From Bdellovibrionales bacterium (GTDB lineage: Bacteria > Bdellovibrionota > UBA1018 > JADZFF01), in assembly GCA_020850015.1 (NCBI GenBank), contig JADZFF010000042.1:890-64889 (forward strand): 64,000 nucleotides of DNA, read 5' to 3'. The notes under the pieces are model-generated. The model did not search any database, was not told the DNA's origin, and was given only the letters and a program-made list of their open reading frames with translations. This document shows positions 41,455 through 50,600 of the stretch, in pieces. Numbering within the stretch: position 1 is the first letter of the stretch; each line of letters opens with the position of its first letter. The position numbers and the translations under genes are program-made.

Positions 41455-42552
41455 GTGAGCGGTCCTCACGAGGCCGTGCTTCATCGCCCGGGCGTGCGCA
41501 TTCTGGTAGCGCGTCCTGATCGCATCGGCGACGTGGTGCTTTCCACTCCGGTCTTGCGCGCGCTCGGGCGCGCCTTGCCCAGCGCCTCGGTCACGGTGGC
41601 GCTACGCGCCCTGACGGCTCCGCTGGTGCGGGGCCTCGAAGGCATCGATGAGGTGCTCGAGTTCGATCCCTCCGGGCGCCACGCCGGCTGGAAGGGCTTC
41701 TTCAGGCTAGTGGAGGAGATCCGCACGGGCCGGTTCGATGCGGCGCTCGTGCTCCAGAGCCATCGGAAGCTCTCGCTGGCCATCTGGGTCGCGGGAGTGC
41801 CGCTTCGGGTGGGTCCGCTGAGCAAGCTCCATACGTATCTGTGCTTCAATCGTGGATTGAGGCAGCGCCGCTCAAGGGTGCGTATGCACGAGGCCGACTA
41901 CAACCTGGAGCTTCTCGGGCAACTGGGGCTGCGCGTGGGATCGCGCGAGATCGGCCCTCGTGTGGCCTGCCCGGATGCAGCCCGTGCGGCAGCCCGAGCT
42001 TGGCTGCGCACGCTGGAAGGTCTAGTCGCTGGGGAGGGGGGCTGGGTGGCCGTGCACCCCGGGATGGGGGGCTCGGCCCTGAACTGGCCCGAAGAGCGCT
42101 ACGTGGAACTTGCGGGCGCACTCGCTCGGCAGGGGCGTCGGGTGGTGATCACCGGAGGCGCGGTCGAGGCGCAGCTGGTGGCCAGGGTGGCGGAACGGGC
42201 CGAGCGCCCAGGAGTGAAGCTCGCCCGATGGGTGAGTGGTCCCGGTCAGACTGTGGTGGATCTGGCGGCGCTTTTCGGCGAGTGCGCCCTCGTCGTCGCG
42301 CCGAGTACTGGGCCGTTGCATATCGCCGTCGCGATGGGGCGCCCCGTCGTTACGTTCTACCCGAGAATCCGGGTTCAGAGCCCCGAACGCTGGGGCCCTT
42401 ATTTCGTGCACGGGGAGGCTCAGGCTGCGGTGCTGACTCCGCCCGACGCTAGGGCCCTGATGGACTCCATCAGTCTTGCGGACGCTCTGGCCGAGGTTGA
42501 AAAACTGGTGCCCTTTCGCGACAATCAGGCCCGATCGGAGCCCCGCCAATGA
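41455..42552 (+). CDS. glycosyltransferase family 9 (ADP-heptose:LPS heptosyltransferase-like)
   Basis: RILVARPDRIGDVVLSTPVLRAL...HPGMGGSALNWP...APSTGPLHIA. GTG start directly after the cmk stop. Confidence 0.8.
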   Translation: MSGPHEAVLHRPGVRILVARPDRIGDVVLSTPVLRALGRALPSASVTVALRALTAPLVRGLEGIDEVLEFDPSGRHAGWKGFFRLVEEIRTGRFDAALVLQSHRKLSLAIWVAGVPLRVGPLSKLHTYLCFNRGLRQRRSRVRMHEADYNLELLGQLGLRVGSREIGPRVACPDAARAAARAWLRTLEGLVAGEGGWVAVHPGMGGSALNWPEERYVELAGALARQGRRVVITGGAVEAQLVARVAERAERPGVKLARWVSGPGQTVVDLAALFGECALVVAPSTGPLHIAVAMGRPVVTFYPRIRVQSPERWGPYFVHGEAQAAVLTPPDARALMDSISLADALAEVEKLVPFRDNQARSEPRQ

Positions 42553-43574
42553 ACCGCCTTGAAACCGTAAAGACCACGTCCAAGGATCTGCCGCGCCTGA
42601 AGGATCTGCTCGCCCGCATCGGCGGAGTGGAGTCGCTCGTGGTGGGCGACGTGGGCGTGGATCGTTACACCCTGGGGGTCGTGGAGCGTATCTCTCCAGA
42701 GGCCCCGGTGCCGATCGTTGCTGTGGAGACTGAGTGGTTGAAGCTCGGGCTCGCAGCGAACGTGGCCGAGAACATCGTAGCCCTGGGCGGGAAGGCCCGC
42801 ATGACCGGTATCGTGGGATCGGACCGCGGCGCCGAGGACCTGGCGGGCCTGCTGAAGAAGGCCGGCGTGCCCTCTGACGACCTCGTCGTGGATTCCACGC
42901 GTCGTACCGTGCTCAAGGACCGCATCGTCACGGATCGACAGCAGATGCTGCGGGTGGATTACGAGAGCACGCATGAGGCAGCGCCGGTGGTGCGTGCCCA
43001 GGTGCGGAGCCGCGCGAAGGCCCGACTTGCCTCGTGCCGATCTGTGGTGATTGAGGACTACGCGAAGGGGCTTTTCTCGCGAGAGTTCCTCCAGGAGCTC
43101 TTTGACGACAGCCGGGCGGCTGGCCGCGTGGTGCTCGTGGATCCGAACCTAAAAACTCCTATCGATGCCTATCGTGGCGCGGACGTGCTGACTCCAAATA
43201 CCAAAGAGGCGGAGTCGCTCTGCGGTTTTCGGATCACGGATGAGGCCTCCCTGCTGAGGGCGGGCACACGCTTGCTCGAGGCCACGGGCGCCGAGCACGT
43301 GCTCATCACCCGCGGAAAGGACGGCATCGCCATCTTCACGCGCGGCGCTTCGGTGGGGCAGCTTGTTCCCACCACCGTGCGTGAGGTCTTCGATGTTTCT
43401 GGGGCGGGCGACACCGTGATCGCGGCTCTCGCCCTCGCTCTGCCGGGGGGCGCGACGATCGTGGAAGCGGCCGTGCTCGCCAACCTCGCCGCCGGAGTGG
43501 TGGTGGGCAAGCGGGGCACCGCCACTGTCACGCCCGCCGAGATCGAGCAGGCAATGCGCTACTTCTTCGGGTGA
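42549..43574 (+). CDS. hldA: D-glycero-beta-D-manno-heptose-7-phosphate kinase (RfaE domain I, PfkB family)
   Basis: LVVGDVGVDRYTLGVVERISPEAPVPIV and DVSGAGDTVIAAL. Kinase domain only, no adenylyltransferase domain. Confidence 0.8.
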   Translation: MNRLETVKTTSKDLPRLKDLLARIGGVESLVVGDVGVDRYTLGVVERISPEAPVPIVAVETEWLKLGLAANVAENIVALGGKARMTGIVGSDRGAEDLAGLLKKAGVPSDDLVVDSTRRTVLKDRIVTDRQQMLRVDYESTHEAAPVVRAQVRSRAKARLASCRSVVIEDYAKGLFSREFLQELFDDSRAAGRVVLVDPNLKTPIDAYRGADVLTPNTKEAESLCGFRITDEASLLRAGTRLLEATGAEHVLITRGKDGIAIFTRGASVGQLVPTTVREVFDVSGAGDTVIAALALALPGGATIVEAAVLANLAAGVVVGKRGTATVTPAEIEQAMRYFFG

Positions 43575-43577
43575 AAA

Positions 43578-43647
43578 AAGGGGTCGGAGCCTTTTCTGCG
43601 TAACGGTGCGCTAACGCACCGTTACGCAGAAAAGGCTCCGACCCCTT
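43578..43647. repeat. perfect 33-bp-stem palindromic element (REP/MITE-like), acts as bidirectional terminator
   Basis: AAGGGGTCGGAGCCTTTTCTGCGTAACGGTGCG-CTAA-CGCACCGTTACGCAGAAAAGGCTCCGACCCCTT. An A-run on the left gives a U-tract for the minus-strand DUF503 transcript. Confidence 0.85.
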
Positions 43648-43656
43648 CAAACCCCT

Positions 43657-43956
43657 TCAAAACGGGCTGATCAGGTCCCAGTCGTCTGAAACCACGCGTG
43701 CGAAGCTCGATTCGTCGATGGTCTTGAGGATCTTCTGAATCAGGCTCTTGCAGGACGATTCGCGCCAAGTCTCGGGCATCACGGCGGCGAATCCCAGCAC
43801 GCAGCGATCTGGCTGATCGAAGTCAGCCACCTCCAGGAAGCTCAGATTGTATGCTTTTCTGAGGTCCCGAAGGAGCTCTTCTAGGCGGCGCTCCTTCTCC
43901 CTGAGTTCGGCGTTTTGATAGAAATCCAGCACAACTTTGCCGGCACCGATCCACAT
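43657..43956 (-). CDS. DUF503 (YlxP-like) protein, 99 aa
   Basis: MWIGAGKVVLDFYQNAELREKERRLEELLRDLRKAYNLSFLEVADFDQPDRCVLGFAAV matches the DUF503 pattern. AGGAGAG sits 5 nt upstream. Confidence 0.7.
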   Translation of the reverse strand: MWIGAGKVVLDFYQNAELREKERRLEELLRDLRKAYNLSFLEVADFDQPDRCVLGFAAVMPETWRESSCKSLIQKILKTIDESSFARVVSDDWDLISPF

Positions 43957-43976
43957 GGGGCTCTCCTGGGCGTTAA

Positions 43977-44014
43977 CGCGCCGTTACGCAGAAAAGGCTC
44001 CGACCCCTTTTTTT
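43977..44014. repeat. third copy (32/33) of the palindrome arm, overlapping the ilvE 3' end
   Basis: CGCGCCGTTACGCAGAAAAGGCTCCGACCCCTT plus a T-run. Only a stub of the opposite arm is present (GCGTTAACGC). Confidence 0.8.
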
Positions 44015-44931
44015 AGCGGCGTAAGCCAGGAGCGGGTGTAGTCCGGCCCGGCGCCGCGCACGACTTCCGCGTATTCCTTCTGGAGCCGCTGAGTCACGGG
44101 GCCGGGTTTGCCGGTGCCGATGGTGCGCCGATCGCACTCGCGCATGGGAGTGATCTCGGCCGCGGTTCCACAGAGGAACACCTCGTCCGCGCACCACATC
44201 TCGTCGCGGGTGAAGCGAGTCTCCTGGACCGCGAGGCCCTGGCGGCTCAGCATTTCCATCACCGTCCGGCGCGTGATGCCGGACAGGATGGAGGTCAGGG
44301 GCGTGGTCTTCACCACGTTTCCGGAAACGATGAAGATGTTCTCGCCCGAGCCCTCGGCCATGTAGCCTTCGGGATCGACGAAGAGGGCCTCGTCGTAACC
44401 CTCGAGGATCGCCTCCCGCTTGGCGACGACACCCGTGACATACTGGCCCGTGATCTTGCCCTTGCTGAACACCGAGTTCACGTGGGGCCGGATGAAGCTC
44501 GATGTCTTGCAGCGGATCCCGTTCTTGATGCCTTCGTCGCCTAGGTAGGAACCCCACTCCCAGGCGAGCACCAAGATATCCACGGGCGGCTCCTTGCCGG
44601 GGTTGAGGCCCATGGGCCCGTCGGCGATGAAGCCCATGGGGCGCAGGTAACATTCCTCGAATCCGTTCGCGATCGGGGTTTCGATCGAGGCCGCGATGAG
44701 CTGGTCCACGGAGTAAGGACAGGCGAGACCCATGATCTTGAGGCTGTCGTGGAGGCGCACGATGTGCTCCCGGAGCCGGAACACCGCGCCACCGCCCGCC
44801 TTCTGTCTGTAGACGCGAATGCCCTCAAAGGCCCCGGTGCCGTAGTGCAACCCGTGCGTGTAGGGGCTGATCATCGCCTGCTCAAGGGGGAGGATCTTGC
44901 CGTTTTTCCAGACGTGCGTTCCGCGTGCCAT
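43984..44931 (-). CDS. ilvE: branched-chain amino acid aminotransferase
   Basis: HGLHYGTGAFEGIRVY...GYLGDEGIKNGI...GTAAEITP. The last 9 codons (KKGVGAFSA) are encoded by the repeat copy. Confidence 0.9.
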   Translation of the reverse strand: MARGTHVWKNGKILPLEQAMISPYTHGLHYGTGAFEGIRVYRQKAGGGAVFRLREHIVRLHDSLKIMGLACPYSVDQLIAASIETPIANGFEECYLRPMGFIADGPMGLNPGKEPPVDILVLAWEWGSYLGDEGIKNGIRCKTSSFIRPHVNSVFSKGKITGQYVTGVVAKREAILEGYDEALFVDPEGYMAEGSGENIFIVSGNVVKTTPLTSILSGITRRTVMEMLSRQGLAVQETRFTRDEMWCADEVFLCGTAAEITPMRECDRRTIGTGKPGPVTQRLQKEYAEVVRGAGPDYTRSWLTPLKKGVGAFSA

Positions 44932-44942
44932 GGGGGCTCCTT

Positions 44943-45851
44943 TCAGGACCTAGGGGTGCCGGAAGGATCCTTGGGAGCCATCCGGCGGCTGGTGATGAGT
45001 TTGATGATTTCCGAGGCCGTCTCCTCGAGCGCTTTCCCAGTGACGTTGAACACCGCCCAGCGGCGGTTTTTTCGGAAGAGGTCGTTCGCGTACTCGATCT
45101 CGTAGGCCACCTTCTGCGGGTCGGCGTAGTCGCCTCCCTTGTCGGACCCAAGCCGCTGCAGACGGGATCGGCGGATGGTGGTCAGGGACTCGGGATCGAT
45201 GGTGAGCCCCACGATCTTCCGCTGATCGATGGCGAAGATCTCCTGCGGGAGTTCGAAGCCGGAGATCAGGGGGATGTTCGCCACGCGGAACCCCTGATGC
45301 GAGAGGTACATCGAGAGGGGAGTCTTCGAGGTGCGAGAGATCCCAAGGATCACAAGATCGGCGTTTTCCAGGCCGGTGAGGTCTTTCCCGTCGTCGTGGC
45401 GGATCGTGTACTCCATTGCGTCGATCTTCTCGAAGTACTTTTCGTTCACGTTTCTGAGGAGGCCCGCCATGAGCACGGGCTCATCCTTGAAGTACGCGGA
45501 GAGGCCGGCCAACAGGGGGCCGAGCAGGTCCAGGCTGGGAACGCCGAGCTTCGTGGCCCGATCGGCCAGATAGAGGCGTAGCTCGGGCGAAACGATCGTG
45601 AGGATGATCAGGTCCTTTTTTACGGAGGCATCGTCGCAGATCGCGTCGATCTGGGCCTCCGTCCGCACGTTCTTGTAGCGGGTATAGTAGACGCGCTGCG
45701 ACTCGAACTGAGCCATGGCGGCCTTGATGGTCATGGCCGCCGTCTCGCCGGTGCCGTCCGAAACGATGATGACGCGGCGGAGGTCCTCCCCGGGGCTGCG
45801 CTCGATCCTCTCAGGTCTGTCTGGACCGCTGGGCCCTTTGGACTGGCTCAA
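44943..45851 (-). CDS. ppsR: pyruvate,phosphate dikinase / PEP synthase regulatory protein (DUF299 kinase-pyrophosphorylase)
   Basis: VIIVSDGTGETA...LVILGISRTSKTPLSMYLSHQGFRVANIPL. Confidence 0.85.
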   Translation of the reverse strand: MSQSKGPSGPDRPERIERSPGEDLRRVIIVSDGTGETAAMTIKAAMAQFESQRVYYTRYKNVRTEAQIDAICDDASVKKDLIILTIVSPELRLYLADRATKLGVPSLDLLGPLLAGLSAYFKDEPVLMAGLLRNVNEKYFEKIDAMEYTIRHDDGKDLTGLENADLVILGISRTSKTPLSMYLSHQGFRVANIPLISGFELPQEIFAIDQRKIVGLTIDPESLTTIRRSRLQRLGSDKGGDYADPQKVAYEIEYANDLFRKNRRWAVFNVTGKALEETASEIIKLITSRRMAPKDPSGTPRS

Positions 45852-46792
45852 TGACGTCTCTCCCGAACCGGGGTTTTAACAAGGTTCCAGGGGCTGCGGC
45901 CAGCCAAAACAGCCACTACTCCGGAGGCGGCGGCACGCGCCATCGCTTCCCGGGTTTCCCTCGTGGAGCTGCCCAGGTGAGGGAGGAGTACGACGTTTTG
46001 GAGGGCGCGCAGGGCTCGAGGAATGCGAGGTTCCCGCTCGTAGACATCGAGGCCCGCCGCGAAGATCCTGCGAGAGCGGAGGGCCCGAATCAGAGCGGCC
46101 TCGTCGATCACCGGGCCGCGCGCGGTGTTCACCACGATAGCATCCCCAGGGAGACAGGCCAGGCGCGAGGCGCTCAGCCAATGCCGGGATTCGGGCTGAA
46201 GAGGCATGTGGAGCGAAAGCACCTGAGCACGCCGGAGCTTGGCGCGCACGCGGGGCTCGGACTCCGCTCTCGAAATGAATTCCACCGTGAGACCGAGGGC
46301 TCGAAGAATGCGTCCGAACTCGGTGCCGATCTGGCCGGGCCCGGCGATGACGGCATGGCGCCCCCGCAGATCAAGACCATGCAGCTGATCGGGGTCCCAG
46401 CCCTTCCATTTTCCCGAGCGAGCCAGGCGCTCGCCCTCGGGAAGCCGGCGCGCCGCCGCGAGCAGGAGCGCGAGCGCGAGCTCGGCCGTGGCGCGGGTGA
46501 GCACGCGAGGCGTATTCACCACGCGGATCCCGCGCCGCGCGCAGGCCTGGAGGTCGATGTTGTCGAGTCCCACGGCTACGTTTCCCACCGCGCGCAGCCG
46601 GGGCGCCGCGCGCAGAAGCTCTTCGTCCACACGCACCGTGAGAAGGCTCACGAGCCCCTCGGCGTCCCGGAGCTCGCGCAGGATCGTTGCCCGCCGGGTG
46701 GCGAGCACTACGCGAGCTTTCGCATCGAGCTCCTCTCGGAGCACTCGAGGGGTCAGGGGATGGGTAATGACGATCTTTGGGCGCGGATTCAT
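45848..46792 (-). CDS. D-isomer-specific 2-hydroxyacid dehydrogenase (glyoxylate/hydroxypyruvate reductase-like)
   Basis: NAD-binding motif AGPGQIG, and VLLPHLGSSTRETR. ATGA overlap with ppsR. Confidence 0.8.
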   Translation of the reverse strand: MNPRPKIVITHPLTPRVLREELDAKARVVLATRRATILRELRDAEGLVSLLTVRVDEELLRAAPRLRAVGNVAVGLDNIDLQACARRGIRVVNTPRVLTRATAELALALLLAAARRLPEGERLARSGKWKGWDPDQLHGLDLRGRHAVIAGPGQIGTEFGRILRALGLTVEFISRAESEPRVRAKLRRAQVLSLHMPLQPESRHWLSASRLACLPGDAIVVNTARGPVIDEAALIRALRSRRIFAAGLDVYEREPRIPRALRALQNVVLLPHLGSSTRETREAMARAAASGVVAVLAGRSPWNLVKTPVRERRH

Positions 46793-46795
46793 CTC

Positions 46796-47746
46796 TCAGG
46801 CACCGTACAGTTCAAGGAAGTCGCGCCGCAAGGCCGGCAGCTCCGACTCCAGAAGGTACCCCCGGCTGACTGGGTCGGGAAGCCTGGCCCGCAAGTTCTT
46901 GAACCAGGTGCGTTGGCGTTTCACGAGCTGCCGGGTGGCGAGGTCGATCTCGTCGCCCAGGCCCGCGATCCCGGCGCGGATCTTTCGCCCCTCGGGCGGG
47001 CGTCCTGCCAGAAAATCGGCCGTCTGGGCGTATCCAACGGCGTGAAGTGCCCTCGCCCCGGGAAAACGCGCGATCAGGGACTGCGTTTCATCCAGGATGC
47101 CGTCGCGGATCATCTGCTCGGTGCGGAGCCGGATCCGGTCGCGCAGCTCCGTTTCGGGACGATCAATCACCCAGAGGCGGAGTCCTTCCACGGGCTTCGA
47201 AGGCATCTCAGCCTCGAGGGCCGAGGGTGTGCGGCCCGTCTGGTGGAGGATCTCCAGCGCTCGAACCAGGCGGTAGCGATCTCGGGCCGAGATTCGAAGC
47301 GCCGACCGTGGGTCGACCTCGTTCAGGCGCGCGTGCAGCTGCCCCGCCGGAATCGAGTCGAGTGAAGCACGGAATGCCGCATCGGGCTTTCCCGCAGCCC
47401 AGGTTCCGAAGAGAAGCGCTTTCAGATAGAAGCCGGTCCCGCCCACGATCAGCGCGCGCTTTCCCTCGGAATGAAGCTCTTCGAGCTTTTCGGCCACGGC
47501 CGCGACGAAATCGCCCGCCGTGAAGGGTTGATCGGGGTCGCGGAGGTCCAGGAGGTGGTGGGACACTCGGGCGCGTTCCTCGGCCGAGGGTTTGGCCGCG
47601 CCGACGTTCATCCCCCGGTAGACGGACACGCTGTCGGCGTTGAGGATCTCGATCCCGCGGCCCTGGGCAAGCTCCACGGCCAAGGCCGTCTTGCCCGAGC
47701 TGGTTGGGCCCGTGAGGATCGCAACAGCGGGTGAAACGCGCCTCAT
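46796..47746 (-). CDS. miaA: tRNA dimethylallyltransferase
   Basis: AILTGPTSSGKTALAVELA...ILNADSVSVYRGMNVGAAKP. Start set at the ATG of the TGATG junction with the mutL stop (M8 of ORF 46796..47767). Confidence 0.9.
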   Translation of the reverse strand: MRRVSPAVAILTGPTSSGKTALAVELAQGRGIEILNADSVSVYRGMNVGAAKPSAEERARVSHHLLDLRDPDQPFTAGDFVAAVAEKLEELHSEGKRALIVGGTGFYLKALLFGTWAAGKPDAAFRASLDSIPAGQLHARLNEVDPRSALRISARDRYRLVRALEILHQTGRTPSALEAEMPSKPVEGLRLWVIDRPETELRDRIRLRTEQMIRDGILDETQSLIARFPGARALHAVGYAQTADFLAGRPPEGRKIRAGIAGLGDEIDLATRQLVKRQRTWFKNLRARLPDPVSRGYLLESELPALRRDFLELYGA

Positions 47747-49584
47747 CACACGCGCCGCTGGAACCATTCCTCAAGTCGCGTCGCCGGCACGCGCACGACG
47801 GTTGGCCGCCCGTGCGGGCAGTTCCAGGGATGCTCGCAGGCGAAGAGCCGGTCCACTAGCCCTCGGGCTTCGGCGGGCTCAAGCCGGTCGCCCGCGCGGC
47901 GGGAGGAGTGGCAGGCCTCGGAGGCCAGCTTCTCGAAGAGGGCTTCGTCTAAAGTGAGCGCGCCTCCTGCGGGCGGGGTATCGGTGTCGAGCAAGCGTTC
48001 GGCCAGGTTGGCCAGGCGTGCGCGCAGGTTGGCGGATCCCCAGGCCGCGGGCACCGCGCGGAAGAGCAGGGTGTCCTCGCCGAATGTCTCCGCCTCGAAA
48101 CCCATGCGCTCGAGCCAGGGAAGGCGCTCGGTGAGGGCGGGCGCGTTTTCCCGGTTCACGCGGATGGCCTCCGGAATCAGCAGGTGCTGGCGTGAAGGCG
48201 CTTCGGTCCCGCCGAGAACCTGCCCGCGGAGCTCCTCGAAGCGGATGCGCTCGTGGGCGGCGTGCTGGTCCACGAGCCCCAGCTCCTCCCCGAGGTCGAA
48301 GAGCAGGTAGGTCTGGAAAAGCGAGCCCACGTATGGCGCGCCCTGCAGCGGATGCGCGGGCGGGAAGGGTGAGATCGTTGAGCGTGAATCGCCTTCCGGT
48401 TCCATACCTGCTTCGGACGCGAAAAACGGAGTCAACCCCAAGGGAAGCGGGCCCGGTGAAGAGGTCTGCGCACGCGGCGCGAAGGTAGGGGTCAGCGAAA
48501 ATGCGGGCGGGCCAGCGGGCGAAGAACCCGGAGCGTGCGCGGCGGCCCCTTCAAGGGCGAGCAGATCCTGGAAGAAGCGCGATACGGATCCGAACACGGC
48601 ACCCGAGTCGGCGAAGCGGATTTCGGTCTTCGCCGGGTGCACGTTCACGTCAAGAAGAGAGGGATCGACGTCGATCCACACCGCCACGGCGGGGTACTGG
48701 CCAGGAAGCAGCGCCTGCCGGAAAGCCGAAAGCACGGCTTGCTGGAGCATGCGGTCGCGCACGGCGCGGCCGTTAACGACCTGAATGAGGCGCCGCGCCT
48801 GCGGGCCGCTGAACCCTCGCAGCCAGACCGCGCGGATCTTCACGCCCGCGGAGCCGGCCTCCTGAGTTTTCGCTACGACGGGGTAGTTGCCGCCGTCGTC
48901 GAGCACGGCCCGCGCGCGGGCTTCGGCGTCTTGCGGGCGGAGCTGCACGATCGTCCGGTCGTCGCTCACCAGGCGGAACCCCACCTCAGGGCGCGCGATC
49001 GCCAGGCGTTCTATCCACTCTCGCACCTGCGAGACCTCGGCGCGGGGTGATTTCAGGAACTTCAGCCGCGCGGGAACCTGGACAAAGAGCGACTCCGCCC
49101 GGACGCGGGTGCCATGCGACGAGCCGAGGAAATGCCCGTAGGTGACCTTACTCGCAGGGGGAGCGAAATCGCGCTCGTCGGGATTCACCTCGTAGGCGTC
49201 TTCAGCGCCCCGAGGCCGACTCAGCACGTTCAGCCGCGCTACGGCCGCGATGCTCGGGAGCGCCTCGCCTCTGAACCCCAAGGTCGCAAGCGACTCCAAA
49301 TCCTCCACCGCGCGGATCTTGCTCGTGGCGTGGCGTTTCACGCAGAGCTCGAGGTCGTCGGGGCCCATGCCGTGCCCGTTATCGATCACCTCGATGATCC
49401 CGCGTCCGCCGTCCTCGAGCAGGACGGTGATTTCGGTGGCCCCGGCGTCGAGCGCGTTCTCGACAAGCTCCTTCACCACGCTCGCAGGGCGTTCCACGAC
49501 TTCGCCCGCGGCAATGCGCTCGGCGACGATCGGATCGAGCAAGCGAACGCGAGAAGAAGCAGTGTGTGCGCGGACCTCGGTCAT
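47746..49584 (-). CDS. mutL: DNA mismatch repair protein MutL
   Basis: IAAGEVVERPASVVKELVENALDAGATEI...IDNGHGM. 612 aa. Confidence 0.93.
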   Translation of the reverse strand: MTEVRAHTASSRVRLLDPIVAERIAAGEVVERPASVVKELVENALDAGATEITVLLEDGGRGIIEVIDNGHGMGPDDLELCVKRHATSKIRAVEDLESLATLGFRGEALPSIAAVARLNVLSRPRGAEDAYEVNPDERDFAPPASKVTYGHFLGSSHGTRVRAESLFVQVPARLKFLKSPRAEVSQVREWIERLAIARPEVGFRLVSDDRTIVQLRPQDAEARARAVLDDGGNYPVVAKTQEAGSAGVKIRAVWLRGFSGPQARRLIQVVNGRAVRDRMLQQAVLSAFRQALLPGQYPAVAVWIDVDPSLLDVNVHPAKTEIRFADSGAVFGSVSRFFQDLLALEGAAAHAPGSSPAGPPAFSLTPTFAPRAQTSSPGPLPLGLTPFFASEAGMEPEGDSRSTISPFPPAHPLQGAPYVGSLFQTYLLFDLGEELGLVDQHAAHERIRFEELRGQVLGGTEAPSRQHLLIPEAIRVNRENAPALTERLPWLERMGFEAETFGEDTLLFRAVPAAWGSANLRARLANLAERLLDTDTPPAGGALTLDEALFEKLASEACHSSRRAGDRLEPAEARGLVDRLFACEHPWNCPHGRPTVVRVPATRLEEWFQRRV

Positions 49585-49651
49585 GACGGGCCGGACTGCA
49601 TCACGGAAGGGGCGATCCTGGCAAGGGGAGGGCGTGCGCCAGAGCGGCGCG

Positions 49652-50566
49652 TTAAGACGCGGCGCGAACTTGGTTGCGACCGCTCTGTTTGGCCTCGTAC
49701 AGGGCCTTGTCGGCGCGTTTCACGAGCGTGGCGGAGGACTCCACGTCCGAACTCAGCTCGGCCACGCCGATGCTGGTGGTTACAGGGATGCGTTTGCCCT
49801 CATAGATGAAGGCGTGGGCCTCGATGGCCGCGCGCACGCTCTCGGCGATCGTCTGGGCCTGGGTGGAGGCGGTGTTCGTGAGCAGGAGCACGAACTCCTC
49901 GCCGCCGTACCGGGCGAAGACGTCCTTCGGGCGCACGTGCTTGGACTTGATGATGGCCGTGAACTCCTTGAGCACGTGGTCGCCGGCGTCGTGTCCGAAG
50001 GTGTCGTTCGTTTTCTTGAAGTGGTCGATGTCGAAGAAGAGCAATGAAAAGTCCGTATGCAGGGCCTTCGCGCGCTTGAACTCGGCTTCCAGGGCCTCGA
50101 GCAGATAACCCTTGTTGTAGATCTTGGTCATCGGATCGAGAACGCGCTTGTCGGAAAGTTCGCCCTCCAGCAGCGTTTCGAGCGTTCCGGCCGGGAGGAA
50201 CTTGAAGATGGAGCTTCCCATCTTGATCATGTCTTCCTTGCCGAGCGTGATGGCCGCGTTCGCCTCGATCTTCTTGCCGTTGACCTGGGTACCGTTAGAC
50301 GAGTTCAGATCCGTCAGCACCACTGCGCCCGACTTCTTGACGAATTTGGCGTGCTTCTTAGAGATGCTTTGGTCGGCCACGCAGATGTCTGCGGTGGGAT
50401 CACGACCGATCGTCATTTCCGCTCGGCTGAGCTCGTACTTATGACCCTGGGGAGTCCCGCGCACGAGAATGAGACAGGCCTCGGCCTTGCTGGCTCTCTC
50501 CATCTCGCGGTTGATCGTTTGATCGCCGGAGAGAACGGTGGTCTTGTCGGAGTCTTCGGCCGCCAT
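49652..50566 (-). CDS. FHA domain - GGDEF diguanylate cyclase
   Basis: FHA (MTIGRDPTADICVADQSISKKHAKF...SSNGTQVNG). GGDEF (DIDHFKKTNDTFGHDAGD...RYGGEEFVLLL). Confidence 0.88.
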   Translation of the reverse strand: MAAEDSDKTTVLSGDQTINREMERASKAEACLILVRGTPQGHKYELSRAEMTIGRDPTADICVADQSISKKHAKFVKKSGAVVLTDLNSSNGTQVNGKKIEANAAITLGKEDMIKMGSSIFKFLPAGTLETLLEGELSDKRVLDPMTKIYNKGYLLEALEAEFKRAKALHTDFSLLFFDIDHFKKTNDTFGHDAGDHVLKEFTAIIKSKHVRPKDVFARYGGEEFVLLLTNTASTQAQTIAESVRAAIEAHAFIYEGKRIPVTTSIGVAELSSDVESSATLVKRADKALYEAKQSGRNQVRAAS

Positions 50567-50600
50567 GAACCCTGAGATTATGCCGGGCCCTGCGGACCCG

